From Octopus vulgaris (Eukaryota): a stretch of DNA of 64,000 nt. Below are positions 11,901-25,310 of this stretch, one piece after another. Below the pieces are notes generated by a model. It was not told where the DNA came from. It did no database searches and was given only the letters and a program-made list of their open reading frames with translations. The DNA lies in the NCBI GenBank assembly GCA_951406725.2, contig OX597816.1, forward strand, positions 12,090,001 to 12,154,000, given 5' to 3'. Within the stretch, counting starts at the first letter, position 1. Each line of letters begins with the position of its first letter. The position numbers and the translations under genes are program-made.

Positions 11901-12412
11901 ACACGATAATGCCTTTTATACATGATAATGCCTTTTATACATGATAAAGTCTTTTATACACGATAATGCCTTTGATACATGATAATGCCTTTTATACACG
12001 ATAATGCCTTTTATACACGATAAAGTCTTTTACACATGATAATGCCTTTTATACATGATAATGCCTTTTATACACGATAATGCCTTTTATACATGATAAT
12101 GCCTTTTATACACGATAAAGTCTTTTACACATGATAATGCCTTTTATACATGATAATGCCTTTTATACATGATAATGCCTTTTATACATGATAATGCCTT
12201 TTATACACGATAATGCCTTTTATACACGATAATGCCTTTTATACATGATAAAGTCATTTATACACGATAATGCCTTTTATACACGATAATGTCTTTTATA
12301 CATGATAATGCCTTTTATACACGATAATGCCTTTTATACATGATAATGCCTTTTATACACGATAAAGTCTTTTATACATAATAATGTCTTTTATACATGA
12401 TAATGTCGTTTA
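11901..12412. repeat. 19-bp minisatellite (aYgataatgccttttatac), ~27 copies
   Basis: Period 19 read directly; recurring variant unit gataaagtctttt. Confidence 0.95.
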
Positions 12413-12637
12413 TCTTTTACGTGTTTCAGTCATTAGACTTTGCCCATGCTGGGGCACTGCTTTGAAGAATTTTTTGCTGAATGGATCAATTCCAGTACTA
12501 AATTTTATTTATTTATTCATTTTTTAAAAATTTGGTACTTTTCTGTTGGACACTTTTGCCCAAACACTGAGGTATGGGGATTTAAACACACCAGCACCGA
12601 TTGTCAGACAGTGGTGGGGGACAAACACAGACACAAA

Positions 12638-12694
<57 letters not shown>

Positions 12695-12807
12695 TATATC
12701 TCTTTCCATGTACCACCTTCATTCACAGAAAATTTATTACCTGTACAGCAATGGATACCATCTACAGACTGAAACAAATAAAAAAAGGTAAAAAAAAAAA
12801 AGGAATA

Positions 12808-13238
12808 GGCACAGATATGGCTGTGTGGTTAGGAAGCTCAGTTAGAAACCACAAGGTTTTGGGTTCAGTCCCACTGTGTGGCACCTTGGGAAAGGGTCTT
12901 TTATGATAGTCCTTGGCTGACCAAAGCTTTGTGAGTGGATTTGATCAACAGAAACTGTGTGAATTCTAAGGCAGCAAGCTGGCAGAAACGTTAGCGCGCC
13001 GGGTGAAATGCTTAGTGGTATTTCGTCTGTCATTATGTTCTGAGTTCAAATTCTGCTGAGGTTGACTTTGCCTTTTATCCTTTTGGGGTCGATAAATTAA
13101 GTACCAGTTACGCACTGAGGTTGATGTAATCGACTTAATCCGTTTGTCTGTCCTTGTTTGTTCCCCCTATGTTTAGCCCCTTGTGGTCAATAAAGAAATA
13201 AGAAACTGTGTGAATTCTGTTTTATATAGATGTGTGTT

Positions 13239-13275
<37 letters not shown>

Positions 13276-13495
13276 TTGTATTTTCCCTCCTGCTCCACTC
13301 CGCCCCACCATTACTTGACAACCAATGTTGGTTTGTTTACTTCCTAATGACTTAAAAGTTCAGGAAAAGTGACTGACAGGATAAGTACCAGACTTTAAAC
13401 AAAACCTAAGGACAGGGGTCAGTTCCTTTGACAGAAACCTTCAGGGCAGTGTCCCTGCATTTGCTACAGTCCAGTGAGCAAAACCAGTAAAATAC
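12808..13495 (+). mobile_element. SINE family 2 copy (tRNA-like head, accttgggcaagt core, internal (TG)n) interrupted by a SINE family 1 copy
   Basis: Homologous to 34705-35095 and 51518-51930. Confidence 0.8.
12968..13200 (+). mobile_element. Full-length SINE family 1 copy with 18-bp target-site duplication
   Basis: agaaactgtgtgaattct on both sides (~12950 and 13201). Confidence 0.9.
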
Positions 13496-14099
13496 AGAAA
13501 ATTCTAAATTAGACAAATATTTCTCTTAATTCTTCCGAGCCACCTCCTAACCTCGAGGCCGTTTCAATCACTCGCTTCACTTTTAGTATTAATTAAGTCC
13601 TTAGACAAACAAAACTATTTACAATCTCACAAAATCTATTGGGACAACCCATAACATGTTAAATCAATATACACTCTTTAAACAGTATTAAATTAAAATA
13701 ACTATGCACATTATCATTATTTATACATCATACACACATAACACTTCTTGTTCGAGTCGGTGGATTTGTTTGTTTTACGAGTGCAGGCAGCATACATGAA
13801 ATGCTTTGGTTTCCTGTCACAGACTGAGATTTCCATTGTATATTTGTGATTCTGTTTCTTTCGCTTGAACTGTCCAAACAATATTGACGCTCGACAGGTT
13901 ATTATTATGACTTTATTTCATTATTGACGACGCCACAAGACCAAAGGCTGTATCTTCGTATTTGTTTGTGCTACATTCAGGGGAAATAGCATCATGGGAA
14001 TTCCCACTAGGCTGTCTTTTTAATTGAAATTAAGCCTCGTTTCATAAACCAGAACTGTCTGTTCCATGGCAAAATAAGGAATACATTGAGACTACAACT

Positions 14100-14750
14100 T
14101 CTCAATCATTTCATCATCATTATTATGTTCCATCTGCTCTCAGCAGGTTGAATATCAAGGATCTCCATTCAGATCTTTTCTCTGCCATTCTTACACATTT
14201 ATCATAATATAATAAGTCCAGTCCTTGATGTTACCAAATCAGTTTAATTTAAGCTTTCCTCCCAAGCATTTGCAATTCATTTTCCCTTCTAGTAAAAGCC
14301 TTCCTATATTTTCTTCTCTCACTAGATTTCAGTTTTCTTAATAGTTCAAAGTAATAATCTTTTTTGTATTTGGCAGTTCCAGTGCTTCATTAGTTTTATG
14401 TTTTGTCCAAGATATTCTTAACATTCTTCTCTATGTCCCCATCTCAAAACCTTCAGGTTTATCAAATAGAATTTTCATCAATGTCCTTCACCATATCATA
14501 GTTTAGTCTAGTCCTTGATGTAATCAAGCCAGTTTGTTCCAGATCGTCCTCTCAAGCACTTGCTATTTACTGTTCCTTCTAATAATACATTTTGTACACC
14601 TTATGCTCTTATTATCTGACCAAAGTACTTTAGCATCTTTTTTACTTAATCTTATTTCAAATATGCTCTCATAATGATATTCATAGCATAGCTCTTTCCA
14701 TGGCCCTTTGCATTACAGCCAATCAGTGTTCTCTCCTCTTCATGGTAGCC
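14100..14750 (-). pseudogene. Two tandem decayed RTE-like LINE C-terminal fragments
   Basis: MLKYFGQIIRA*GVQNVLLEGTVNSKCLRGRSGTNWLDYIKD; RRMLRISWTKHKTNEAL; ENIGRLLLEGKMNCKCLGGKLKLN. Confidence 0.65.
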
Positions 14751-14914
14751 CACATCACACTTGCATATATATTTCTTTACTACCCAGAAGGGGCTAAACA
14801 CAGAGGGAACAAACAAGGACAGACAAACGGATTAAGTCGATTATATCGACCCCAGTGCATAACTGGTACCTAATTTATTGACCCTGAAAGGATGAAAGGC
14901 AAAGTCGACCTAAT

Positions 14915-14969
<55 letters not shown>

Positions 14970-14973
<4 letters not shown>

Positions 14974-15290
14974 CAAAAGATGTGGCATCTTAAAATGGAA
15001 ACTGTTCCTGTTACTGTGGGTGCCCTTGGTATGATAAAAGAGGATGCCAGAAGCATCCCAGGAGAACCATGTCTCACAGAAATCCGAAAGATTGCGTTGA
15101 CAAGAACTGCCCACATCCTTAGAAAAACCCTATCCCTTTAAATGTCTGTGTCGTATTACATGAAGATATTTCACTACTTTCCCTCTATAACATCTTTTAT
15201 CCTTCACTCACCCCAAGACGCTGGGTGTGCCTCAGCAAGTGGCTGTAACAAACATAGAGATTAAAAGTAAAAATGGCAATAATAATAATA
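14970..15290 (+). mobile_element. R4/Dong-type (restriction-like endonuclease) LINE 3' end flanked by (AAT)n
   Basis: IQKMWHLKMETVPVTVGALGMIKEDARSIPGEPCLTEIRKIALTRTAHILRKTLSL*, then a short 3' UTR and (AAT)n. Confidence 0.85.
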
Positions 15291-15294
15291 TGGG

Positions 15295-16187
15295 TTTCAA
15301 ATTTTGGTACAAGGTCTGAAATTTTGGGGGTTGGAGTAAGTTGATTACATTGACCCCAGTGTTCAACTGGTACTTATTTTATTGACACTGAAAGGATCAA
15401 AGGCAAAGCTGACCTCAGCAGAGTTTGATCTCACAATGTAAGGATGGACAGAAAGCCGCTGAGTATTTCGTTTGCCTGCCAAGCTAACAATTCTTATTTC
15501 TTTATTGCCCACAAGGGGCTAAATATAGAGGGAACAAACAAGGACAGACAAAGGAATTAAGTCGATTACATCAACCCCAGAACGTAACTGGTACTTAATT
15601 TATCGACCCCGAAAGGATGAAAGGCAAAGTCATTCAGCGGAATTTGAACTCAGTACATAGCGACAGATGAAATACCGCTAAGCATTTTGCCTGGCACGCT
15701 AACGTTTCTTATTTCTTTATTGCCCACAAGGGGCTAAACATAGAGGGTACAAACAAGGACAGATAAAGGAATTAAATAGATTACATCGATCCTAGTGCGT
15801 AACTGCTACTTATTTAATCAACCCCGAAAGGATGAAAGGCAAAGTCGACCTCGGCAGAATTTGAACTCAGAACATAACGGCAGGCGAATTACCACAAAGC
15901 ATTTTGTCCGGCATGCTAACGTTTCTGCCAGATTGCTACCTTAAATGGAAATATTCTTTTCTACTCTAGGTACAAGGCCTGAAACTTTGGAGGAGGGGGC
16001 CAGTTGATTAGATCAACCCCAGTATGCAACTGGTACTTAATTTATTGATCCCGAAAGGATGAAAGGCAAATTCGACTTCGGCAGAATTTGAACTCTACCT
16101 TGGCGGAATTTGAACTCAGAACGTAACGGCAGGTGAAATACCACTAAGCATTTCGCCCGATGTGCTAACGTTTCTGCCAGCTTGCCA
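15295..16187 (-). mobile_element. Stack of four SINE family 1 copies (tail B, tail A, tail A, tail B)
   Basis: Repeated ggatgaaaggcaaagtcgacc core; two alternative tails. Confidence 0.9.
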
Positions 16188-17109
16188 ACAACAGCAACAA
16201 GAGGAGGAGGAGATAGATGAAAAAGAAAAAGGGGCAGATAAAGAAGAAAGGAAGGAGGAGGAAAAGAAAGGAAGGAGGAGTAGAAGTGGAAGAAGAAGAA
16301 CAACAACAACAAGAGCAATAACAAGAAGAACTTTTCCCACTGCCGCTCTCTAAACTAGAGGATGTATAACCTCACCAAGTGACTTCTACAGATCAATAAA
16401 AAGTTATTGGTTTTGCCTTTCATTTACTATTTACAGCTGTAGCACCAAAAATTACAACGGAGATTAACTTTTAATCTTAAATTAATTAGATTATTTTATA
16501 ATTAATTATACTTTGTCCACAGCCTGTTTAATTTATATTAATAATTTCTTTCTTTATTCTATCTATTTTCAACTATTCCTTTTTGATGTAATATGGAAAT
16601 TCCAGTTTGCTATTGACAGCTTTGATATTAGTTTCTGACACCAGTAAAAGTGTTGAATGGAGACTCGGCGGGTGAAAATAAAGGCTGTTGTTGCAGTAGG
16701 ACTGTAGATATTACTGGTACTGGTACCTAATTTGTTAATCCCAAACTATTAGATGAAAGCAACCACTGTCAAATTCATCATTATCATCATGATCATCATC
16801 ATCACCTCTATCATCATCACTGTAATAATTTAATGTTTGGCTTCTGTGTGGTGGAATCAATCTCTTTAAACTTAAGGGCTTAAAGGGATCTTCTTAACCA
16901 CACAGTCTGCTATATTTTGGTAGGTTGTGTAGTTAAGAAGACAACTTTGGAGCCACATGGTTTCAGGTTCAGTATCACTGCATGGCTACATGACACCTTG
17001 GACAAATGTCATCTGCTATAGCCTGGGAGTGACCAATGTCTTGTGAGTGAATTTGGTTGAAGGAAATTGTATGGAAGTCCATTATGTGTGTGTGTGTGTG
17101 TGTGTATAT

Positions 17110-17520
17110 ATGCCCTTCCTAATGCCAACCACTCCACGAGTGTAGTGGGTGCTTTTTATGTGCCACCACTGGCACACAAGCCAGTCAAGCAGGCCTGGCA
17201 TTGTTCACATTCAGATGGTGTTTTTTACATGTCACTGGCTCATGAGCCAGTCAGGCAGGCCTGGCATTGATCAATTTCGAATAGTGCTTTTTACGTGCCA
17301 CTGGCACAGGAGCCAGTCAGTGGGTACTGGCATCAGCCACGTTCAGATGGTACTTTTTACATGCCACCAGCACAGGAGCCAGTCAGGCGGACCTGGAATC
17401 GACCACATTCTGATGCTGCTTTGTGCCACCGGCACAGGTGCCAGTGAGGCGGACCTGGCATTGACCACGTTCAGGTGGTGCCTTTTATGTGTCACTGGCA
17501 CAGGTATGATGATGATGATG
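17110..17520 (-). mobile_element. SINE family 3 copy with ~6 internal ~60-bp tandem sub-repeats
   Basis: Repeated tttttacgtgccaccggcacaggagccagtcaggc. Confidence 0.8.
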
Positions 17521-17954
17521 TATTAAACAGTAAGGGCTGAGCTCAATCTGTTTCAGCTAACCACTGGTATTGTCTTGGTAACTCATTAATCAAACAAGCT
17601 GAACAAAGGCCTCACTTTCCTGAACTGAAATAAGAAAAATATGAAAGATAGAAAAAAAAAATGCTGCTGCTTTATATCTCATGACCGTTTTCTTAAAATT
17701 TTAAGATTTTTTTAACCGTGAGCAAAGACATAAATTTAACAAGCGGAGATATAGAAAACTGAATCAGCTGTACTGCGTAACCAGGATTTATTTTATTGAT
17801 GTAAAAGGAAATTAGACATAAATATATTTCTTAGACAGGATACGAGGTTAGAGTATAAAGGGAAGAAATTATGTTAGTTGCATTGAAACCATAGACGTCA
17901 CTGGTTCCTACTGAGTTCATCCAATAGCATGGCCTGAAAGCACTTATTGTGGCA

Positions 17955-18056
17955 GTCGTCTTCGTCTTCGTCATCGTCATCATCAATATCATCATCATCA
18001 TCAATATCATTATTATCATCATCATCATCACCATCATCTCCATCAGTATCTTCTTC

Positions 18057-18102
<46 letters not shown>

Positions 18103-18146
18103 ATATCATTATCATCAATATCATCATCATCATTATGATCATCATC

Positions 18147-18179
<33 letters not shown>

Positions 18180-18183
18180 GTCG

Positions 18184-18222
<39 letters not shown>

Positions 18223-18403
18223 CCATCATCGTCATCATCATTATCATCATCACCATCATCATCATCATCATCATCGTCATTTTCATCTTCATCAACATCA
18301 CCATCATCGTCATCATCATCATCATCATCATCATCACCACCACCACCACCACCACCACCACCACCACCATTATCATCATCATCATCACCATCATCATCAT
18401 CAT
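17955..18403. repeat. (CAT)n/(CAC)n microsatellite field
   Basis: Read directly. Confidence 0.95.
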
Positions 18404-19438
18404 TTAACATCCAGTCTACATGCTGGCACAGGTTGAATGTGATGAAATGAATCACACAAAAAGAAAGGAACAGAATTAAATATATTAAATATAGACTTTT
18501 TTTCCTTTCTTTTTTTCCTACCATCTTTTCTCTTAGTTTTTTTCTTCTTCTTACCCCCTGCTTTCTTTCCTTTTTCTGATGAAGGACTAGCATCCAAAAT
18601 GTCAAAGACTATTTCCTTTCCTTTTAAATGTTAAACCAAAAACACATTTGTTAAAATTCATTCCTTTAATTTTGCCCTAATTTTTTTCTTTTTTGCTAAT
18701 TTCTTTTACTCATATTCTAATATATTTTAGTAGAAAATTTTTATCCTTCATATCATAAACATTTTGATAAACCATAAAAGTTTCAAAGTATTGAATATAT
18801 TTATAAATTTAGCAGGGAGAGATACAAAAAACTGAATTAAGTTGTGATATAGATCCAGCAATTGTTTTATTGCAACAGAAATAATTAAATGTAAATTTGT
18901 TTCCACAAGTAAAGATATAAAATCAGAAAATAAAAGTGAGAATTACATCAGTATCACTGGAACCAAATATATCACTGGCATTGTACATTGTTGATCCCAA
19001 AGTATGAGATGAAAGCAATAACAGAATCCTCCGCATCACCATCATTTAACATCCAGCTTCCATATTAGCATGGATTGAATGAAATGAAATCATTCATTAA
19101 AATATAAGGGGCAGAAAATTAAATAGTCTAGTGTATTTTAGTAGAAAATACTGCTGTTGTTTTATATTTCACAAATTCTATGATAAAGTTTAACCATTAG
19201 AGCAGTGTTTTTCAGTCAGGGTTTTCTGGAAAACCACGGTTCCACAAAAGGTTCCGAGAAAGAGTGAGATAAGGCAATGCTAATTTCATGATTGTAATAT
19301 TACTATACATGCATAGCATATTATTGGTTATTGTAATATTGTGATATAGACATCATCCTATCTAACCTATTATGCTATCAAAAAAATATAATAACCATTG
19401 GGGATACATTTAGTGATGTCTGTAATTTATGGACACCC

Positions 19439-19468
<30 letters not shown>

Positions 19469-19470
<2 letters not shown>

Positions 19471-19701
19471 TTTCTTTACTACCCACAAGGGGCTAAACAC
19501 AGAGGGGACAAACAAGGACAGACAAAGGGATTAAGTCGACTACATCGACCCCAGTGCGTAACTGGTACTTAATTTATCGACCCCGAAAGGATGAAAGGCA
19601 AAGTCGACCTCGGCGGAATTTGAACTCGGAACGTAACGACAGACGAAATACGGCTACGAATTTCGCCCGGCGTGCTAACGTTTCTACCAGCTCGCCGCCT
19701 T
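19469..19701 (-). mobile_element. Near-consensus full-length SINE family 1 copy, CpG-rich and probably young
   Basis: Retains CpGs lost in other copies. Confidence 0.9.
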
Positions 19702-19729
19702 TATATGTGTGTATATATATATATATATA

Positions 19730-19997
19730 TGGATTACACTGGACTCTTCATTTGATGAGAAATTGTTCCAACACACCATGACGTTTGAATCTTTTGGACT
19801 TTCCCAAACTTTTTTGTACTTTCTGCTTTTTCCTATTGTCGTTTCTCTCTCTCCCTGTTTATTTCTGTGTTCCTTTATGTCAAAGAGCATAGGCTCGAAA
19901 TGTAAAAGACTTTCTCATTTCCTAAGCATTAAACTAATACATTTGTTTGTTGTTTACGTACCCATCTTCGTCTTTTGTCCTTTTGTAAATTCTCACT
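19730..19997 (+). mobile_element. Family B repeat with a variant hammerhead-like motif (decayed copy)
   Basis: atgtcaaagagcataggctcgaaatgtaaaagac...attaaactaatacatttgtttgttg; homologues at 44735-44920 (-) and 57220-57360 (+). Confidence 0.7.
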
Positions 19998-20004
19998 ATA
20001 TATA

Positions 20005-20412
20005 CATGTATGTATGCATGCATGCATGTTTGTATGTATGTATGCATGCATGTTTGTATGTATGTATGTATGTATGTATGTATGTATGTATGTATGTATG
20101 TATGTATGTATGTATGTATGTATGTATGTATGTATGCATGCATGCATGCATGCATGCATGTATGTATGTATGAATGTATGTATGTATGTATGTATGTATG
20201 TATGTATGAATGTATGTATGCATGTATGAATGTATGTATGTATGCATGTATGCATGTATGCATGTATGCATGTATGCATGTATGCATGTATGCATGTATG
20301 TATGTATGCATGTATGTATGTATGTATGTATGTATGTATGTATGTATGTATGTATGTATGTATGTATGTATGTATGTATGTATGTATGTATGTATGTATG
20401 TATGTATGTATG

Positions 20413-20443
<31 letters not shown>

Positions 20444-20445
20444 GT
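20005..20445. repeat. (ATGT)n/(ATGC)n tetranucleotide microsatellite
   Basis: Read directly. Confidence 0.95.
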
Positions 20446-20723
20446 AAGTATATGTATATGTATACACACACACACACAAATATTTTATAATTATAAACCT
20501 AATTATGACAAGGGGTTGGCTATAAACCTCTCCACATGCTGGAAAGTAGACCAAAAGTTTCATTTATTATCTTTCTTTTGCTTGCTACAGCCCAGTGTGT
20601 TATTCTCTGAGATTTTAAGGTGGTAATAGTGTCTTTTGGCTTCTATTTTTCCAGCATGTGGAGAGGCTCATTTATTTATTCTATTTCTTCTAAAATTTTT
20701 GTCCCAATATATATATATATATA

Positions 20724-21275
20724 CATGGTGACTGCCCCCTCGTTATCGAGTTTGGCCATTGCACGAAGCTTAATCAATGTTGTCATCGTGCAATGCCTGT
20801 GCAAGAAGATTTTTTAAAATGAGGAAAGGCTGTGCACTGAGTCAATCTCACTCACTAAGCAACAGCAGCCATAATCCGAAAAGAAGAACAAGTCAACATC
20901 ATCGGTAACCACTGAGCCGCAGGTTTTATGTCGGAGTTATCCCAGTTGCCTGAGTTACCTTCTAGAAGGATGCCCTAACAAAGGCTAGGAGTCCTTCACT
21001 CCCAATGGTTTAACCACGCGATCGGGTATTCAGTCCGATTATTTCCATGTCCTCACGCATGATACAGCCTTAAGACATTTATAGGATGCCCGTTGACTCT
21101 CAAGAGTTCCTCCGCCCTTTGACGGGTTTTGTTTTTCATCCCGCAGGGTGTCCAATAAACACCCTCCTCACTAAGCAAGCTTGGTGGGGTTGCCAGTTTA
21201 GTCGCTGACGACCCGACCATGCAACAGGTTGTACTGGGTTACATTTCACTAGTAGCACTCGAAAGTGACCTGACA
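20724..21275 (-). mobile_element. GC-richer non-coding insertion resembling an RTE 5'-UTR-derived non-autonomous element
   Basis: Sharp composition change between (TA)n/(TACA)n tracts; minus-strand motif gggcatccttctagaaggtaactc...aaaacctgcggc resembles RTE 5' UTR motifs (from memory). Confidence 0.45.
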
Positions 21276-21290
21276 TACATACATATATAC

Positions 21291-21329
<39 letters not shown>

Positions 21330-21335
21330 GAGTGG

Positions 21336-21446
21336 TTGTATACTGTCAACATAACGTGACAGTCCCGTATGGGAATTACACCACAGTTGTTTAGCCCTAG
21401 GTGTAATTCCCATACGGGACTGTCATGTTATGTTGACAGTATACAA
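21336..21446. repeat. Near-perfect hairpin, 47-bp arms, 17-nt loop
   Basis: ttgtatactgtcaacataacgtgacagtcccgtatgggaattacacc and its reverse complement, one mismatch. Confidence 0.95.
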
Positions 21447-22500
21447 TGACTCTATCGCTCCACCACCGCTCATGTCTCTTTGAGACATTTAGAAATTTAA
21501 TATTTTTAACATATATATTTATACATATACATAAATACTTACATATATATATGTGTATGTATGTATATATTATGACACCCTTGTTTCTAATCTCTGTCAC
21601 AGTAGTGAAGCAGAAATGGCTCAGGAGCCCAGGTACAGAATCACATAGCTCCGAGGAGAGGTCAGAACTTAAAGGGTTAAAGTTTCCAATGATTTGAGCA
21701 AAATCATAAATCTGATAAAGAGAGATAAAGAAAACCCGAATCAACTTTATTGTATGTTCAGCAATTTATTTTATTGGTATAGAAAGAAACAAACATAGAT
21801 CTGTTTCCTAAACAGGATATGAAATTAAAGTAGAGAGGGAGGAAATTTAAATTAAAACAAAAAAGAAAATTAAAAAGCTACGTTACTTTAGTATTGAGCT
21901 TTATCACTCGCTTCTGTCTGGAATGCACTTGCTTTTCATAACATTAATATCTGAAGATGATTTCGCTTGGTAAAAACGACTTTATTCAGTTTACGCAACA
22001 AATTTATTTTCAGATAAATCACCATTAGGTAAATAATTTCATTTGTATGGTGATATATTTTATTTCAACAATTTAAAATACATATTAAGTTTATTTACAT
22101 TTCTTTTTGTTTTATATATATTTTTAATTTTTATTTGTGTGTGTATTATTACTTTTTTTCTTTTACATTTAAATGAATTTCATAAATCTCAAATATATCA
22201 TTGGTTTTTACAAAAACCTGATGAAAAGAATCGTAAACAAGACGCAATAGAAACATATTTCTAAGTAAGTTTTTCACATAACTGACAACACTAAATCTAA
22301 ACTATCCAATATATATTAAATTATTGCTAGAACTGATTACATGAAAGAATATTATTCAAATAAATCCACCCACAAAATAACAAACAAAAAAAACACAGCA
22401 AAACCATTTGACAAACTCTGAATCAAAGGTGTTTCTTATTTACTTTGTAATGAGATCAACTTAGTTTGAACTAACTTTGAGTCTTGAGAATATGCTTCTT

Positions 22501-22531
<31 letters not shown>

Positions 22532-22550
22532 GCAACAGGCTTTCAGTTTC

Positions 22551-23012
22551 TTATTTCTTTATTGCCCACAAGGGGCTAAACATAGAGGGGACAGACAAAG
22601 GGATTAAGTCGATTACATCGACCCCAATGAGTAACTGGTACTTATTTAATCGACCCCGAAAGGATGAAAGGCAAAGTCAACCTCGGCGGAATTTGAACTC
22701 AGAATACAAAGACAGACGAAATACCACTAAGCATTTCACCCAACATGTTAACATTTCTGCCAGATCGCTACCTTCAGATTCTAATTTCCTTATTGCCCAC
22801 AAGAGGCTAAACATAGAGGGGACAAACAAGGACAGACAAATGGATTAAGTCGATTACATCGACCCCAGTGATAACTGGTACTTAATTTATCGGCCCTGAA
22901 AGGATGAAAGGCAAAGTTGACCTCAGTGGAATTTGAACTCAGAATATAACGGCAGACGAAATACCGATAAGCATTTCGCTCGGCTTGCTAACGATTCTGC
23001 CAGCTCACCACC
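22551..23012 (-). mobile_element. Two tandem SINE family 1 copies inserted at ttcagtttct of a SINE family 2 remnant
   Basis: tcagtttct / tcagattct flanks the first copy. Confidence 0.85.
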
Positions 23013-23387
23013 TGTTTTAGACTTTGACAATTTTTGATATCTTGGCGTCTGAAGCAGGAGATATGATAGTTTGGACAAAAGAACTGGCTATTGCCAGCAA
23101 AAATAAATATTGTAAAACATGCTTTTGGCCAAATTTGGATATATAACAGTTTAACATAATAGCAACGATATATTTTATCACAAAACCAGTCATTTAGAAT
23201 TCCATTTGCCTTTTGCCATTCATCAAAAGATGCAAGCAAGGCTGTGAGGTTAAGAACTTCATTTCTCATCTATGTGGTCTTGGGTTCAGTTCCACTGCAT
23301 GGCACATTAGACAAGTACCTACTACGACAGTCCCAGGTTGACTAAGGCCTTGTTAGTGAATATGATAGACGGAAAGTGATAGAGGCC

Positions 23388-23775
23388 CATCATCATCGTT
23401 TAACGTCCGTTTTTCCGTGCTAGCATGGATTGGATGATTTGACTGAGGACTGGTGAACCAGATGGCTGCACCAGGCTCCAATCTGATCTAGCAGAGTTTC
23501 TACAGCTGGATGCCCTTCCAAACACCAACCACTCCGAGAGTGGAGAGTGCAGTGGGTAATTTTATGTGCCACCGGCACAAGAGCCAGTCAGATGGCACTG
23601 GCAATGGCCATGCTCAAATGGTGTTTTTTATGTGCCACCTGCACAGGAGCCAGTCCAGTGGCACTGGCAATGACCTCGCTTGAATGTTTTTTCATGTGCC
23701 ACCAGCACAAGTGCCAGTAAGGCGACAATGGTTACAATCATTCTCGAATGGTGCTTTTTACGTGCCACCGGCATG
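23388..23775 (-). mobile_element. SINE family 3 copy with internal sub-repeats, nested in a SINE family 2-like copy
   Basis: Homology to 45322-45740. Confidence 0.8.
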
Positions 23776-24224
23776 TGTATGTATTGTATATAGGAATATG
23801 TGTGTGTTTTGGTCTCCTTTGTGTAACGTCATGTGATAGCTACAAACAAGCATCATGTAATACATGATGCTCATGTTCAATCTTCCTTGGGAACATTTCT
23901 AGCCACGGGAAAAAAAATTACCTTCTTTGGAGACAGTTGAGGGTTGGCAACAGGAAAGGCGTCCGACCACATAAAATCTACCTCATGCAAATTACATCTG
24001 GTCCATGCAAGTACGGAAAAGCAAGCATTGAACTGATAATGCCGATGATGACGACAACAACGACAATGATGATGATGATAATGATGATGATGATAATGTT
24101 GATTGCATCCTTGTTCAGCTTTTTTGATTAATAAATTACTGGGACAATACCAGTGTTTTGTTGCAGTATTATACTGTACCACTAGAGATTAGATCAATGG
24201 ATTTCTAGCTAATGCTCTCTATGT

Positions 24225-24830
24225 ATGCTTGCTTGCTTGAGACAGCATTCACCTGGGGTGGGTTGAGCTGGCTTCATTCATCCTCAATGCTGCATCTTTC
24301 ACAAACACCGACCAGGCCTGGCGATTTGAAGCTAACAACCGCATGATCTCCAACCACTCCTTATTCCAGCAGCAAACGCCGTAGACATGGGGTCCTAGGT
24401 TGGGTTCCAGATCAGCCTTGACTGTCATCAGCCAGGTTTTTCATCGTCCACCACATTGCTTTCGCCAACCCTGAAGGGGTGCTGGGGCAATTGCATTGTA
24501 GATGAATTCTCCTTGATGACGACGGAGGGCATGATCCAGCCAACGCAGACGTCTCGTTAGGATGACTTGTCGGAGGGAGGTGACTTTGCACTGGTGTCAC
24601 ACTGAATTGTTGGAGACAAAGTAATGCCATCGGACATGAAGGATGTGGCGTAGACAGAGGTGATCGAAAGATTCTAGTTGCTTACTATCTTCCACCCTTA
24701 TCGGCCATGACGCACTGCTGTAATGGAGAATCGTTCGCACTAGTGCTTGGTAGATCCGTACTTTGGTGGTGCGTCAGATCTCAGATCTTGACCAGAGTTG
24801 TGCATTGAGTCCTTGTCTTTATGGTATATT
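24225..24830 (-). pseudogene. RTE-clade LINE 3' remnant with (CAAG)n tail
   Basis: LRWLDHALRRHQGEFIYNAIAPAPLQGWRKQCGGR*KTWLMTVKADLEPNLGPHVYG...WNKEWLEIMRLLASNRQAWSVFVKDA; ends tcaagcaagcaagca. Confidence 0.8.
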
Positions 24831-24916
24831 TTATCTTCTCTGACAGATGTTTATAAGATATATTCTTTAATAACAGCGTAAGTTTCAGTATCATAGTCTT
24901 TGTTTCCAATTAAAGA

Positions 24917-25310
24917 ATGATGATGATGGTGGTGGTGGTGGTGGTGGTGATGGTAGTGGAAAATGATGATGGTAATGATGATGATGATGGTGATAATGAC
25001 GATGGTGGTGGTGATGGTGGTGGTAGTGATGGTGGCGGTGGTGGTGGTGATGATGATGGTGATGATGGTGATAATGACGATGGTGGTGGTGATGGTGGTG
25101 GTAGTGATGGTGGCGGCGGTGGTGGTGATTGTGGTGATGGTGGTGGTGGTGGTGGTGGTGGTGGTGACAAATGATGATGGTAATGATGATTGTGATGGTG
25201 ATAACAACGATGATGATGGTAGTGGTGATAATGACAATGGTGGTGGTGATGGTGATAATGATGGTGCTGACAGAAACGGCAATAACGATGATGATAACGA
25301 CAGTGGAAAT
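24917..25310. repeat. (GAT)n/(GGT)n compound microsatellite with an internal duplicated block
   Basis: Read directly. Confidence 0.9.

Noticed and set aside
11901-12412. CRISPR-like regular repeat
   Set aside because: Contiguous 19-bp units without unique spacers, eukaryotic context, no cas genes
19929-20563. Long HTYI/MYVC ORFs (also at 41.5, 46.4 and 62.4 kb)
   Set aside because: Translations of (ATGT)n/(TA)n microsatellites
21355-21370. Hairpin-ribozyme substrate-like tgacagtcc
   Set aside because: No loop B or AGAA partner strand found; the match is too short
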